This document shows positions 29,195 to 40,296 of a DNA stretch of 64,000 nt, piece by piece. The notes below the pieces were generated by a model. The model saw only the letters and a program-made list of their open reading frames with translations. It was not told the DNA's origin and made no database searches. The DNA lies in contig JBCCYL010000026.1 of the NCBI GenBank assembly GCA_039189765.1, positions 11,579-75,578 of the forward strand. Direction: 5' to 3'. Within the stretch, counting starts at the first letter, position 1. Each line of letters starts with the position of its first letter. This DNA is from Cyanobacteria bacterium P01_F01_bin.150 (GTDB taxonomy: Bacteria > Cyanobacteriota > Cyanobacteriia > CAKZMO01). Both the position numbers and the translations under genes were made by a program.

Positions 29195-30463
29195 TTAACT
29201 TTGCAGCACTGTTTTAGAGGCAATGCGCGTTTTCTTGCGATCGCTCTCTGACAGCTCCTGTCCCGACTGTAGCTGAGTAGCTGAATGCTGCAACACCGTC
29301 GCCGCGTTCTTGTCCCCCATCTGGATTGCAGTTTTGGCCGCATGCTGGAGCATCGTCGCCGCGCCAGTGCGATCGCCCGACTGTAGTTTTGTTTCAGCAA
29401 TTTGAGTCTGACGATATTTTGCCAGGGCTAATACATGGTGCTGGACCTGATCATTAGGCTGGGGCTTGATATCGGCTTTTACATTGACGGTTACTGAAAC
29501 CGTATCTGAAAATAAATCCTGCTCGCTGCTGTTGGGATTTTCATAGCGCACTTGAAGCTGGGCAATCGGCGATTCACCCTCCGCCATCTGCCCCACGTAC
29601 AGATTCACCAACACCACCCGAGGCGCATCCACCATCAAATCCCCCAAGCGGACAATATGTTGTCCGGCCTCATCAATGACGGGTAGCTCAATCGTATCTG
29701 GCATTACCTGAGCCACGGGCTTAAGTTCTGCCAGCCGCACCTTTGGAGACAGGGTCATCAAAAGATAAGCATTGGTCAGCGCCACCGACTGGATCCGCTC
29801 AAACAATCGACCAAATTCCCCCATCGCATCCTCAGGACGCTCAATATACGACAGTGCGCCACCGCCCGCATCGGCAATTTTCTCCAGCACATCCTGATTC
29901 CAATTGGAGCCGAACCCAAGGGTGTTTAGCGTCAGATTATAGCTTGCTGCCAGCTCCGCCAACTTCAGACAGCGATCATTGTCGCCGTGCTCATTTTCGC
30001 CATCGGTTAATACAAACGCTTGGGAAATAGTCTCTTCTTTACCTTTTGCCAGCTCTGACACCCCCAACCGCATGCCTTCATCAATGGCGGTACCACCGCT
30101 GGCTTTTAAGGCGTTGATCTTGTGTTTAATGGCCCCGGGATTATCCAAACGCTGATTGGGCACCAAAATTTTAGCCTCATGATCAAACGCAATGATGGAA
30201 ATGCGATGGCGCAACGCCTCCCCATCAGGAGTATCGCCCTCCGACAGCCGATCAATTAAGCCAATCGCGGCCTGTTTGACCCGCTCCAGCGGTTTACCTT
30301 TCATCGAGCCGCTATGGTCCAAAATTAAGCAAAGATTGAGGGGCGCAGAAGATCCGACACTCGCGGACACTGCCGACACAGAGACTGCCAACTGTCGCTG
30401 ACTATTAGCCTGACTGACATCAATTTGGGCATCATTAAGTTTGGCATCTAATCCCACCTGCAT
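29195..30463 (-). CDS. vWA domain protein (conserved cyanobacterial YfbK-like)
   Basis: PLNLCLILDHSGSM MIDAS, GGTAIDEG, LTDGENEHG and KKTRIASKT. Confidence 0.92.
   Translation of the reverse strand: MQVGLDAKLNDAQIDVSQANSQRQLAVSVSAVSASVGSSAPLNLCLILDHSGSMKGKPLERVKQAAIGLIDRLSEGDTPDGEALRHRISIIAFDHEAKILVPNQRLDNPGAIKHKINALKASGGTAIDEGMRLGVSELAKGKEETISQAFVLTDGENEHGDNDRCLKLAELAASYNLTLNTLGFGSNWNQDVLEKIADAGGGALSYIERPEDAMGEFGRLFERIQSVALTNAYLLMTLSPKVRLAELKPVAQVMPDTIELPVIDEAGQHIVRLGDLMVDAPRVVLVNLYVGQMAEGESPIAQLQVRYENPNSSEQDLFSDTVSVTVNVKADIKPQPNDQVQHHVLALAKYRQTQIAETKLQSGDRTGAATMLQHAAKTAIQMGDKNAATVLQHSATQLQSGQELSESDRKKTRIASKTVLQS
30203..30237. repeat. 27-bp SDR5-like mini-element inserted into a HIP1 site, in frame in the vWA gene
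   Basis: Minus strand GCG-[ATACTCCTGATGGGGAGGCGTTGCGCC]-ATCGC; removing the insert restores GCGATCGC and GDRISIIAF. Confidence 0.8.
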
Positions 30464-30645
30464 GCTGTATTCTCCTCGTTGTTAGTGTGCTGTTACTAAT
30501 GCGTTCTGGTTGATTTGTCGATGCAGCCACAACCTAAGTCGTACGTATAGATGTAGATATTGTGCGCGTGTCTATCATAGCGATTCTTACAGCGGTAGGA
30601 TAAGAGGGATATGAGATTTAATCAAGGGACTCTTTAAGATAGTTT

Positions 30646-31485
30646 ATGGCCAAGACAATGGTACAAACTGCACAGACCCCAGCCAAAACCTTCAAAAAAC
30701 TCCAGGCTCGATTACGAGGGTTAGTAGGACGGGCGATCTACGACTTTTCTATGATTGAAGAGGGCGATCGCGTCATGGTTTGCCTATCCGGCGGGAAGGA
30801 CTCATATACCCTTTTAGATATTCTCTTAGCGATTCAAAAAAGTGCTCCTATTCACTTCGACATCCTGGCAATGAATCTAGACCAGAAGCAGCCTGGATTC
30901 CCCTCACAGGTGCTTCCCGAGTATCTGGATACGGTTGGTGTGCCCTATCGCATTGTTGAGCAGGATACCTACAGCACAGTAACCCGTGTCATTCCAGAAG
31001 GAAAAACCATGTGCAGTCTTTGTTCTCGGCTTCGTAGAGGTTTGATTTATCGAGTGGCCCAAGAAGAAGGTATTTCTAAAATTGCCCTGGGGCATCATCG
31101 AGACGACATTGTAGAAACCTTATTTCTCAATATGTTTCATGGTGGTGGCATGAAAGCAATGCCTCCAAAGTTATTGAGCAATGACGGCCAAAACATAGTG
31201 ATTCGACCGTTGTCTTACTGCCCTGAAGCGGATATCCAACGATACTCTGATTTACGCCAGTTTCCGATTATTCCGTGCAACCTTTGTGGGTCTCAGGACA
31301 ACCTCCAACGGGCACACATTAAGCAACTTCTACAGCAGTGGGAAGCGGAGCACCCCGGTCGCATCGATCGTATTTTTCATAGCCTGCAGAATGTCGTTCC
31401 ATCACATTTAGCAGATACTGATTTATTCGACTTTAGCCAACTCCACAAATCGGGACGCTCATCACACCAGCAGAAAACGATATAA
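30646..31485 (+). CDS. ttcA: tRNA 2-thiocytidine(32) synthetase TtcA
   Basis: SGGKDS PP-loop, [21 protein letters not shown] and PCNLCGSQ. Confidence 0.95.
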   Translation: MAKTMVQTAQTPAKTFKKLQARLRGLVGRAIYDFSMIEEGDRVMVCLSGGKDSYTLLDILLAIQKSAPIHFDILAMNLDQKQPGFPSQVLPEYLDTVGVPYRIVEQDTYSTVTRVIPEGKTMCSLCSRLRRGLIYRVAQEEGISKIALGHHRDDIVETLFLNMFHGGGMKAMPPKLLSNDGQNIVIRPLSYCPEADIQRYSDLRQFPIIPCNLCGSQDNLQRAHIKQLLQQWEAEHPGRIDRIFHSLQNVVPSHLADTDLFDFSQLHKSGRSSHQQKTI

Positions 31486-32239
31486 ATACACAACCAAGAC
31501 CAAGATTGCCTGCTGAATCTTCTAATTTTTATATTTAACTCAAAGCTTAATTAAGATTCGAATAACTTCTGATGAGAATCGGCATTATACTGTCCCAACA
31601 TATTATTCTAAATCTCGTGTAGGGTGTATTTACGGATAAGGGACAAAACGAATCCTTCCTAGATGATTGCTAAAGGCTTCTACTGTGGCGGTATGAAGCT
31701 AACGAGCTACGGGCCATATTGGTTCTTGCGCTCAAAGTTGTTAGCGATAATGGTATCTTTGAACTTTGCTTATAGAAAGTTACATGCAGGTTACATTAGA
31801 TGCGGTGCTAGAAATGGTAAGGACATCCGAAACCTATCTTTATCCTATCCGATGCAGTTTCTTCCCGAAATAAACTTATTTCGTGAGAGAATAAAGGAAA
31901 TAGTCCATTAATTTTTAACATCTTGGGCACACTGTAGAGAGTTGTTTTCCAAGTCTAATGTTTATGTATAAGGCCTTTATTTGGACATCTAAACTAGGCT
32001 TTATTCAATTATTGATCAAATATCCTTATTTTAATGATTTTATAACGAACATCAAATCTAATTCATGGTGGCCCCAAGTCATTTTTGATGATGTCAGTGC
32101 TATATGGCAGAGTGTTTAGACATCTCTTTCATATCTTAGTATGCAACAATTTTCTATTCTCTATATGTATGTTGTTTTTGACATCATCTTATCGACATAT
32201 TTATTGCTAACAGAATTATTATGGAGACCGCGTAAATAA

Positions 32240-33310
32240 ATGGAAACTCTACTCAAAGTTGAAGCAGAAGCCTTTCAGAATATTGATGCTGATTATAGAC
32301 CAGAACTAATTGGTGATACAGGCGCTACGGTCCTTAGTTTGGTTCACCTTCGGCCCAGAGATACGTCTCCGAACGTGACGGCTGGGGCGACCACTCCCTT
32401 TGCATTTGAAGATGGAAAATACAATATTCTTCTTGCCTATTTTGATGAAGAAGATGGAGCTGGAACCTACGAGATTAACGTTGCGGGAAGGAGTGTTAGT
32501 CAATTTCAAACTCTTACTTCTCTTACCAACCCAGCCGTATCTGGGAACATTGCAAACAAAGATAATCGCCAAGAAGTAGAGGTCGCTCTAGGCATTAACA
32601 TTTATACTCAAGATGAAATTGAAGTCATCTACACCACTGATCAAGGTGAAAGCCGCTCTTTTGACTTTATTCAGTTTGAACGAATAGGAGATGCCCCCGC
32701 AAGAGAGCTAGCAACGCCTATTAATCCACCTATAAATGGCTTTGGCTCCGATGAAAAGATAATCCTTGATAATGAAGATAATGTCTTTCGGGGCACTAGC
32801 AGAGACGAAACCGTTCGTGCTCGTAAAGGAAACGACCAAGTTACGCTACTCGGTGGAGACGACCGGGCCTTTGGAGGCAAAGGCAATGATACGCTGAATG
32901 GCCGAGGAGGCCGGGATATCCTATTTGGAGAAGAAGGTAGAGATGTCTTAATTGGAGGTGGCAGGAGTGATGTTCTTATCGGTGGACCAGGAAGAGATAC
33001 ATTAATAGGCAATACAGGGCGCGATCGGTTCGTATTTACGAGCCTAGATCATGGTCGCGATGTGATTCAAGACTTTAATGTCAATAAAGATCGTATTGAT
33101 TTGCGTGAGATTTTATCTGGGGTTGAATTTACCACTAGCAGCCCCTTTGATAAGTTTCTTGAATTTGTTAGAGTAACGCAGGTGGGTTCCAGTACCAGAC
33201 TCAGTATCGACAGAGACGGTGTGGTCGGAGACGCAGGCTTTAAAGCCATCGCGATTTTGAGAGGGGTGGATGCTACAACCGTCGATTCAGACAGCTTTTT
33301 GATTGACTGA
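32240..33310 (+). CDS. RTX-type calcium-binding secreted protein with a C-terminal T1SS target domain
   Basis: GGxGxDxLx nonapeptide repeats; DVIQDFNVNKDRIDL...SIDRDG...AILRGV C-terminus. Confidence 0.88.
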   Translation: METLLKVEAEAFQNIDADYRPELIGDTGATVLSLVHLRPRDTSPNVTAGATTPFAFEDGKYNILLAYFDEEDGAGTYEINVAGRSVSQFQTLTSLTNPAVSGNIANKDNRQEVEVALGINIYTQDEIEVIYTTDQGESRSFDFIQFERIGDAPARELATPINPPINGFGSDEKIILDNEDNVFRGTSRDETVRARKGNDQVTLLGGDDRAFGGKGNDTLNGRGGRDILFGEEGRDVLIGGGRSDVLIGGPGRDTLIGNTGRDRFVFTSLDHGRDVIQDFNVNKDRIDLREILSGVEFTTSSPFDKFLEFVRVTQVGSSTRLSIDRDGVVGDAGFKAIAILRGVDATTVDSDSFLID

Positions 33311-33365
33311 TAATCTTTTCCAAAAGAAATTTTAAGGATTCCAACGGAAGACGGAACAAGTATAT

Positions 33366-33470
33366 GAAAAATTGGGGTGCGACGCGCCCCGATTTTTCAC
33401 CTTAAGTTGAGAGCCAACTTTAAACGGGACATTGGGGTAGCTTTATGCAACCGCTCCAATGGCCCGTTTT
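33366..33470. repeat. Two adjacent dispersed REP-like hairpins
   Basis: GAAAAATTGGGGTGCGACGCGCCCCGATTTTTCACCTTAAGTTG resembles inverted 4843-4885 and part of 63858-63880. AAACGGGACATTGGGG...CGCTCCAAT..CCCGT matches 22605-22643. Confidence 0.7.
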
Positions 33471-33879
33471 CTTTAAGGTGGGATAAAGGCAAAAAGTGAC
33501 TCAGTATCTCCTAAATTCTTCTCCGCTAATTTTTACAGCTTTGTGGGCATATTTATTCATGCCAAGCTGACAGCTCAATGTATAGCCATGGTCACATTAG
33601 TTAAGCCGTTTTCGTGCGAGCGCAGAACACCTCCACAAAAACGACTCTGACCTAATGGCAGTACCTACGGTCATAAAAATGCATAGCCTTACCAATGGGA
33701 GATTTATATAAAAGTAAATGAGGGACAAATAGCCCTTATTAGTTCATCGGTTCATCGGTAAAATCGAGCGTTGCATTTAGAGAGGCAACCAGACCATAAT
33801 CTATCGGAGGAATGGTCATAAACTAAGGTGATCAAGAATAACGCAAATGTGGTAGCTAACCATACTGGATACTGAGGGG

Positions 33880-36360
33880 ATGACCAAGACTGAGTCAAAA
33901 TTTCGCTTAAGAGTGCAGCAGGTGGAACGGACCTGCTTGTTTGAACTTTCTTGGGGGAATGGACAGCAAATTTCTGCTCAAGTTGCCTTGCCTGATGGCC
34001 TAATGCAGCAATATCGTCTATGGAAACAGGCGTACCTCGATTTTTACCAGTACGCGCCCCAATTTTCCAATTCCAAAAGGTCTGTTCGATTGAGCGCTCA
34101 TGTCGAAGCCCAGCATCCCAACGCCTCAACGTCTCAACGTCCCGACCTCCTGCGAGGGCGAACGCTCAGTCAAGGAGAAATATCCGTGCCATCGCCAAAC
34201 TGGCATACTCAGCTCGTACAAGCCGAGGCAACGTTATTATCCGAATTCCAGCAGTGGCTACGACAGCGTGAACTATTTGATATTCGTTCCGCGATCGCCC
34301 AATCCCTAACGGATACTTCACTTCCTAAGGATTTAACGTCTCATCGTCCCAATGGTCCAACATCCACCACTGTTTTTCTTATTTGTACCCCTTTAGATTT
34401 AGCTCGATTCCCCTGGGAGAGTTGGGAATTGGGGACCGAATTTGGTGTAGCAAAACGTATTGCCATCGTGCGATCGCCTGCCAACATCCATTTTGAGGCC
34501 CATACTCAACCGCCGCGACGACGTCGGCCCAGAATCCTAGCTATTTTAGGAGACGAAACGGGGCTGGATTTCCAAGCCGATCGCAAAGCAGTCCAATCCT
34601 GCGAGAAGGTCGCAGACATTCAATTTGTAGGATGGCAACCAGGGCAATCGATCACCGAGTTGAAAACCCATATTTGCCAGACCATTGCCGAACCAGAAGG
34701 GTGGGACGTACTTTTTTTTGCGGGACACAGCAACGAAACTCAAATTACTGGCGGGGAGCTGGCGATTGCCCCCGGAGCATCCTTTTTAATTCGAGAAATT
34801 ACGCCCTATCTCATCACTGCCCGTCAACAGGGACTACAGGTGGCCATTTTTAACTCCTGTAGTGGTCTCAATATTGCTGAATCTTTGGTGAATTTAGGGT
34901 TTAGCCAGGTGGTGGTGATGCGAGAACCAATCCATAATCGAGTGGCCCAAGCGTTTCTTACTCGTTTTCTACAAAGCCTTGCATCCCACGAAGATGTGCA
35001 AGACTCCCTGCTGGCTGCGACCCAATATCTTCAGGCTAGTGCCAGCCTGACCTATCCTTCAGCCTATTTAATCCCGACGCTCTTTCGTCATTACCAATCC
35101 ACCTTGTTTCGAATTGAGCCTTCAGGGGTGATGTCACAGCTACGCAAATGGCTGCCTATCCGCTATGAGGCAATCGCCCTTACCCTACTTGCGGCAATTA
35201 GTTGGCCACTATCCGTCCAAAACCAGCTAGTTGAACAAAGGACATTAGTGCAAGCTCAATATCGACAGCTAACACAGCGAGCCAATACGATCGAACCTCC
35301 ACCGGTTGCCCTAGTTCGCATTGATAACGAATCTCTGCAAAGGAGGGGGATTAGTGCTCCAAAACCGATCAGTCAAGTTTATTTGGCCGATATTATTAAG
35401 CAGCTCACCCCCTATGGCCCGGAAGTGATTGGCATTGATTATATTTTAGACCGCCCCAACGTTCAGGAAGCCCCCCAGCTAGCCATGGCTATAGAGGAGG
35501 CGATCGCTAAAGGAACGGCCTTTGTATTTGCCAGCTATCGAGAAGATGGTAAATGGGTAAAAGCTTCCCCTGATATTGCGCCTGAAATCGCCGGACAAAG
35601 CATCGCTGGCGATATATCGGGCTGGACATTACGAATGAGTTTGCCCCGTTGGGTTGACGATGGACCACGCCCCCTGAGCTATGAATCAGTTCGCCTAAAA
35701 GTGCCTAATCTGCTTAATTATGGCCGCACCCAGAGGGGGATTTTGACATTTTTGTCCTACAGGTTCAAGCAACGTTGGCTTGACCCACTCATTGACTACT
35801 CCCTGCCTCCCCATCAGGTGTATGAAGAGGTACCGGCGTGGACCCTGTTTGACGGCCAAGTGCGGCCTCAACTTGGCGATTTAGACCAGCAGGTAGTGCT
35901 ACTAGTTCCTGGAGGTTATGCAGAAGCAGGGATTAAAGATGGTGAAGACAACAGACCTCCCACCCTTGCCATGCGCTATTGGTACGAACAACGGAACCCC
36001 ATTGATGGTCGGCAGCGAAATCTAACCGGAGGAGAAATCCACGCCTATCGACTACATCATTTTATGACCCAACGCTTGGTTATCCCAATTCCTGATCTTT
36101 GGCTGCTATTACTGGCCTCACTGTTAGGAAAGGCGATCGCACTTCAGTGGCAGAAGCCGCACAATCATAGCGGAAATCATAATCCTTGGCATTGGGTTGG
36201 CATCGGCATTGGTGGTAGCTTTGTCTACGGAATAATCAGTTTAGAACTCTATTTATCATCCACTGCCATTCTGCTGCCCATTAGCGTCCCTCTACTGGCC
36301 CTTTGGCTGTACATTGCTCCCATGGCCTTTTCATCCGATTTACGACGAGCTAATCGCTAA
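33880..36360 (+). CDS. CHAT (caspase-like) protease fused to a CHASE2 extracellular sensor and TM helices
   Basis: FPWESWE, FFAGHS (His) and IFNSC (Cys); TM near aa 430; CHASE2 motifs (VRID..SL, IGIDYILD, GGEIHAY); three C-terminal TMs. Confidence 0.9.
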   Translation: MTKTESKFRLRVQQVERTCLFELSWGNGQQISAQVALPDGLMQQYRLWKQAYLDFYQYAPQFSNSKRSVRLSAHVEAQHPNASTSQRPDLLRGRTLSQGEISVPSPNWHTQLVQAEATLLSEFQQWLRQRELFDIRSAIAQSLTDTSLPKDLTSHRPNGPTSTTVFLICTPLDLARFPWESWELGTEFGVAKRIAIVRSPANIHFEAHTQPPRRRRPRILAILGDETGLDFQADRKAVQSCEKVADIQFVGWQPGQSITELKTHICQTIAEPEGWDVLFFAGHSNETQITGGELAIAPGASFLIREITPYLITARQQGLQVAIFNSCSGLNIAESLVNLGFSQVVVMREPIHNRVAQAFLTRFLQSLASHEDVQDSLLAATQYLQASASLTYPSAYLIPTLFRHYQSTLFRIEPSGVMSQLRKWLPIRYEAIALTLLAAISWPLSVQNQLVEQRTLVQAQYRQLTQRANTIEPPPVALVRIDNESLQRRGISAPKPISQVYLADIIKQLTPYGPEVIGIDYILDRPNVQEAPQLAMAIEEAIAKGTAFVFASYREDGKWVKASPDIAPEIAGQSIAGDISGWTLRMSLPRWVDDGPRPLSYESVRLKVPNLLNYGRTQRGILTFLSYRFKQRWLDPLIDYSLPPHQVYEEVPAWTLFDGQVRPQLGDLDQQVVLLVPGGYAEAGIKDGEDNRPPTLAMRYWYEQRNPIDGRQRNLTGGEIHAYRLHHFMTQRLVIPIPDLWLLLLASLLGKAIALQWQKPHNHSGNHNPWHWVGIGIGGSFVYGIISLELYLSSTAILLPISVPLLALWLYIAPMAFSSDLRRANR

Positions 36361-36385
36361 TCCGTTTCCCCTTCAAGGAGATCCT

Positions 36386-37279
36386 ATGCCTCATTGCCAA
36401 TCCACTCCCTTACAGCCCACGTCCGCTCTGCCCCATCGCCAACATGCCCACTTACGATTTATGCGCCGCTACACTGGCCTCTTTTTCAGCCTGGCGTGCG
36501 GAGCTTCAGCCATTGTAGCGCCAATGCCAATCGCAGCTATCGCAGCGTCAGCACCAACGCCAGCGCCAGATCTGCATGCATTTTGGGATACGATAATCCA
36601 ATCCAATCCTCCTGAAGAGTTAGACCGTGACGGGTCCCGAGCGTTTCGCAATCTTTGGAACAGCATTTTCGAGACGGAACCCCCAGACGATCCTCAACAG
36701 AGTGGATCACGGGGCGACTATTTTTGTTTAGCAGAGCCGGGTAGTCATGATGGAATGGCGTGGAGTGATCGCCCCACCCTTACCTGGCAGGGAGACACGA
36801 GGGCAATTAGCATCTATTCTTCAGAGAATCCGCTTATCGCCCTTTGGACCCATGAGCTTTCAGAAGATGACCAGCTAACTTGGGTCGATGGCTCAAAGGC
36901 AAATGGTGAAGACAAACCGATTTATCGGGTGACATACGACGGAGAAGAGCATCTAAAACCAGGTGAAACGTATATTTGGAAAATCCAACAGGCATTGGCT
37001 GATATTCCTGTTCACATCACTCTGATGCCCAGCAGCAATCAGCAGCAGATCAGAATTGAGCTGGAAGCGCTGGAGATGACATTAGCCGTTGAGGAATTGG
37101 ATGGAGATGCGATCGCCCTACGAAAAGCAGACTTTTTTGCAAGTCACCATCTCTGGAATGACTTCTGGTACTATCTTGGCCTTATAGAATCTCCTTCAGG
37201 AGAACTGTCCAACCTTATGGAAGGGGCGATTGGAACCTGGTGCCCAGCTTATGATCCCAGTTCTCTTGAACGAGTATAG
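36386..37279 (+). CDS. DUF928-like exported protein
   Basis: AAGGAG RBS; GSRG..C, WSDRPT..W, L.PGETY.W and A..FA...LW.D; follows the CHASE2 gene. Confidence 0.75.
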   Translation: MPHCQSTPLQPTSALPHRQHAHLRFMRRYTGLFFSLACGASAIVAPMPIAAIAASAPTPAPDLHAFWDTIIQSNPPEELDRDGSRAFRNLWNSIFETEPPDDPQQSGSRGDYFCLAEPGSHDGMAWSDRPTLTWQGDTRAISIYSSENPLIALWTHELSEDDQLTWVDGSKANGEDKPIYRVTYDGEEHLKPGETYIWKIQQALADIPVHITLMPSSNQQQIRIELEALEMTLAVEELDGDAIALRKADFFASHHLWNDFWYYLGLIESPSGELSNLMEGAIGTWCPAYDPSSLERV

Positions 37280-38055
37280 GCTGCTCGAACGGCCTGGATC
37301 ATTGACGCTCGAACCCCCGCTAGCTCCATCTGCTCAATGCCGACAATGGTCGTTCCACCAGGACTCGTTACTCGGTCTTTAAGCTCAGCGGGATGAACGC
37401 CAGACTGAAGCAAATCTGCTGTTCCCCGTAAAGTTTGCAGCGTTAACTGGGTCGCGATCGCCCTTGGCAATCCCGCTAATACCCCACCATCAATCATCGC
37501 CTCAGCAATTAAAGCCAGGAAACCAGGACCGGAACCCGATACCCCCGTCACAGCATCCATCATGGATTCTGGCACTTCAACCACCTGCCCAACCGCCTCA
37601 AATAGTTGTCGGGCAACTGTCATGTGCTCAGGAGTAGCATGCTGGCCCGGCGCAATGGCAGTGATCCCTTCTCCAACCACCGCAGGAGTGTTAGGCATTG
37701 CTCTAACAACAGGGATATCCAAAAATGCAGCTTCTAGTCCAGCTAGCGATGTCCCTGCCAAAATAGAAATAATCACCTGATTAGAAGGCTTCTGAGAAGC
37801 TAAAACTGAACGAAGCCCATCAACAACTCGTTGAAAAATTTGAGGTTTTACAGCCAGAAGCACAACATTAGCCGCTTCTAAAACCACACCATTATCGCCA
37901 GTCGTATGTACCCCATACTTCTGACTCAGCTCTGCTTGGCGTTGAGGCAGGGGATCACTTACAGTAATTGCGCTGGCAGGATAAATTTTTTTATCAACAA
38001 GACGGGATAATAAGGCTTCCCCCATTACCCCGCCTCCAATCAAACCTAATTTCAC
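37249..38055 (-). CDS. proC: Pyrroline-5-carboxylate reductase
   Basis: IGGGVMG, LAVKPQ, RAMPNTP, SGSGP and VTSPGGTT. Confidence 0.97.
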   Translation of the reverse strand: MKLGLIGGGVMGEALLSRLVDKKIYPASAITVSDPLPQRQAELSQKYGVHTTGDNGVVLEAANVVLLAVKPQIFQRVVDGLRSVLASQKPSNQVIISILAGTSLAGLEAAFLDIPVVRAMPNTPAVVGEGITAIAPGQHATPEHMTVARQLFEAVGQVVEVPESMMDAVTGVSGSGPGFLALIAEAMIDGGVLAGLPRAIATQLTLQTLRGTADLLQSGVHPAELKDRVTSPGGTTIVGIEQMELAGVRASMIQAVRAAYTRSRELGS

Positions 38056-38189
38056 ACCACGACCTTATCGATAACAACAAAAGCATAGACCCAAAGTTAC
38101 CAGAACCACTAAAGAACCTCAGATTCAAAACTAGGCACGTAAGCCCAAAGGTCTTAAGTAAATTAGCAAAGCCAGGCATAACAAATAAA

Positions 38190-38774
38190 CTAGGCCATGC
38201 GGACTTGCGGTTCAACTTCCCATGCTGGAGCGGGAGACGATTGACGAATTTGCTCTTGGGGATGGCGCATAACAGGTGCTTCATTCATCACACCAATGGG
38301 AGTGCTGACCTGAACACAGTTAGGCGTAAATAAGAAGATGCTCTCACCAATTCGCTCTTGATGACCATCAATGGCATAAGTACCACCAGCCACAAAGTCA
38401 ACTGAACGCTGGGCTTGGTCGGGATCCATCATTGTTAGATTCAAGACCACTGACTTCCGCTCACGTAGGGCACGGATGACGTTTGGCATCTCTTCAAAAG
38501 ATTGAGGCTCCATCACCACAACTTCAGACATGCCATTTAATGCTCCAGGCATACCAATAACATTGCTCAGGGGTGCATTGGTGGTCTCTGTCGCCATGGG
38601 TGTTCTCCTGCTTAATCGGCGCTGAGGCGGCTCTTCCTCTTGAATTGCTCTGCCATTTTCTTCCTGGTAGAGATTTTGATACTCATCTCCATCCATTTCG
38701 TCATACTCGTACTCGTATTCAGCGGGGTCATTTAGACCAACAAAGTCCTTCAACTTTCCAAAAATATTGCTCAC
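38190..38774 (-). CDS. sepF: Cell division protein SepF
   Basis: EPQSFEEM...KSVVLNL...[27 protein letters not shown]. Confidence 0.97.
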   Translation of the reverse strand: MSNIFGKLKDFVGLNDPAEYEYEYDEMDGDEYQNLYQEENGRAIQEEEPPQRRLSRRTPMATETTNAPLSNVIGMPGALNGMSEVVVMEPQSFEEMPNVIRALRERKSVVLNLTMMDPDQAQRSVDFVAGGTYAIDGHQERIGESIFLFTPNCVQVSTPIGVMNEAPVMRHPQEQIRQSSPAPAWEVEPQVRMA

Positions 38775-39504
38775 TATTCGTACTCCATCACTACCGAATA
38801 TACAAGTTCGAAGACACTATCGTCATAACTGAAACCCTGAAAACCCTAGAATCTCTGAATAATCTAACAGCAAACACGCTACTTTAATATACCTAAACGC
38901 TACCCTGACAAATATTTTTCACTATTCAGTAACTATGTATTAAAAAACAGACTGGCGATAGAACTAACTAAACCGTAAAGGTCTCAGGGGAAGATACACG
39001 ACTTTGGAGAATACTATACCCCATGTTTTTGTAAGTGGATAAACTGCATTAATTTGATACAAAAGACTCTAAAAAGGTTTGGTCCATTCTGAACTCAATT
39101 ACTTCTAAAGAATTTATTAAGACTTTCCGATAACCGTAATTCTGGCATTCCAGAGATATTTTACTCTTTTTCAGATAGTGCAAAATTACTTCTGAACTAC
39201 TTAGCATTTGAGTCAAGAACCCTTTATCCACGGCTAGTCTGCCCATGATAAGCGTTGCTGGGCTATCCCCTATTGCATTGTTTTTACATAGGTTAAGAAC
39301 ATGGCAATCTTATATGCCATTAGAAGAATGAGACGTTTAGAGAACTTCAATTTGCTCCGTAATTTCAGCCTATCTTTTAAGGCAATGTTGGGGTGACGCG
39401 GGACTTCCCAACAAAACTATTGAATCAATCCTGGCTTAAGTTATAAGCCGTAATTTCGTTAAAAATATTCCAAGATAAGAGCGATCTAATTTTTTCGGGA
39501 TCAC

Positions 39505-40218
39505 TCAAGGACTTCTGTCTCCAAAGATAGTTCGTCCAATTCTCACCATCGTTGCTCCAGCCTGAATAGCTAAGGGATAGTCTCCAGACATGCCCATAGA
39601 TAGTTGGCGCATGGAGATATTTGGGAAGGCTTGAGCCTGGATTTTTGTTGCTAATGTTTGCGCTTGGGTAAAGATCTCTAAAATAGCTGCATCTGATTGT
39701 CCCAGGGGAGGAATCGTCATTAAGCCATCAATATCTAAATGGGAAAGATTGGCCAAAGTGGGTAAATCATTAGCCAAATCTGTAATGTCCCAGCCTGATT
39801 TATTTTTATCAGGCACCATTTTGACCTGAAGACAAAGTTTGGGTACAGGACTCATTTGTCCGGCTTCCCTTGCTTGACCCAGTAATTGATTAAGTCGTTT
39901 GGCTAACTTCAGACTATGAACAGAATGAATCCAGTGAAAACGTTCTAATGCTTTGGCGGCTTTATTGCTCTGTAAATGGCCGATAAAATGCCAAGTGATA
40001 TCGCTCAAATCTTCTAGCTGTTCCTGCTTGAGAATTGCTTCTTGAATTCGACTTTCCCCAAAATGTCTTAGACCTAATGCATAAGCTGCTCGGATCGCTT
40101 CAGAAGACTGCTTCTTGCTAATAGCAATCAGGGTTACGTCATCGGGGATGGTTGGTCGTATGGAGGTTAACCGATGGTCAATTTCACTTATTAACGAGTG
40201 ACGAGTGCCAGAATCCAT
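39505..40218 (-). CDS. pipY: PLP homeostasis protein PipY (YggS family)
   Basis: LIAISK, FGESRIQE, WHFIGHLQSNK, LSMGMSGD and VRIGR.IFG. Confidence 0.95.
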   Translation of the reverse strand: MDSGTRHSLISEIDHRLTSIRPTIPDDVTLIAISKKQSSEAIRAAYALGLRHFGESRIQEAILKQEQLEDLSDITWHFIGHLQSNKAAKALERFHWIHSVHSLKLAKRLNQLLGQAREAGQMSPVPKLCLQVKMVPDKNKSGWDITDLANDLPTLANLSHLDIDGLMTIPPLGQSDAAILEIFTQAQTLATKIQAQAFPNISMRQLSMGMSGDYPLAIQAGATMVRIGRTIFGDRSP

Positions 40219-40296
40219 AAGGGGTAGAGCGAAAAAGAAAAAATAGAGTTTAGCAGAGCAGCGTTACAGTCCACGGTATGGTCCACAGTTGCGGCA

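Noticed and set aside
30646..31485. ttcA as a foreign or novel gene
   Set aside because: It is a well-known enzyme with ordinary composition, a HIP1 site and no mobility signals.
31490..32239. Long AT-rich region with ORF 31663..31911; possible riboswitch
   Set aside because: No riboswitch consensus or protein motif was recognised; most likely the promoter region of the RTX gene.
37968..38333. ORFs bridging proC and sepF on either strand
   Set aside because: They overlap confident genes and have no motifs; treated as shadow ORFs.
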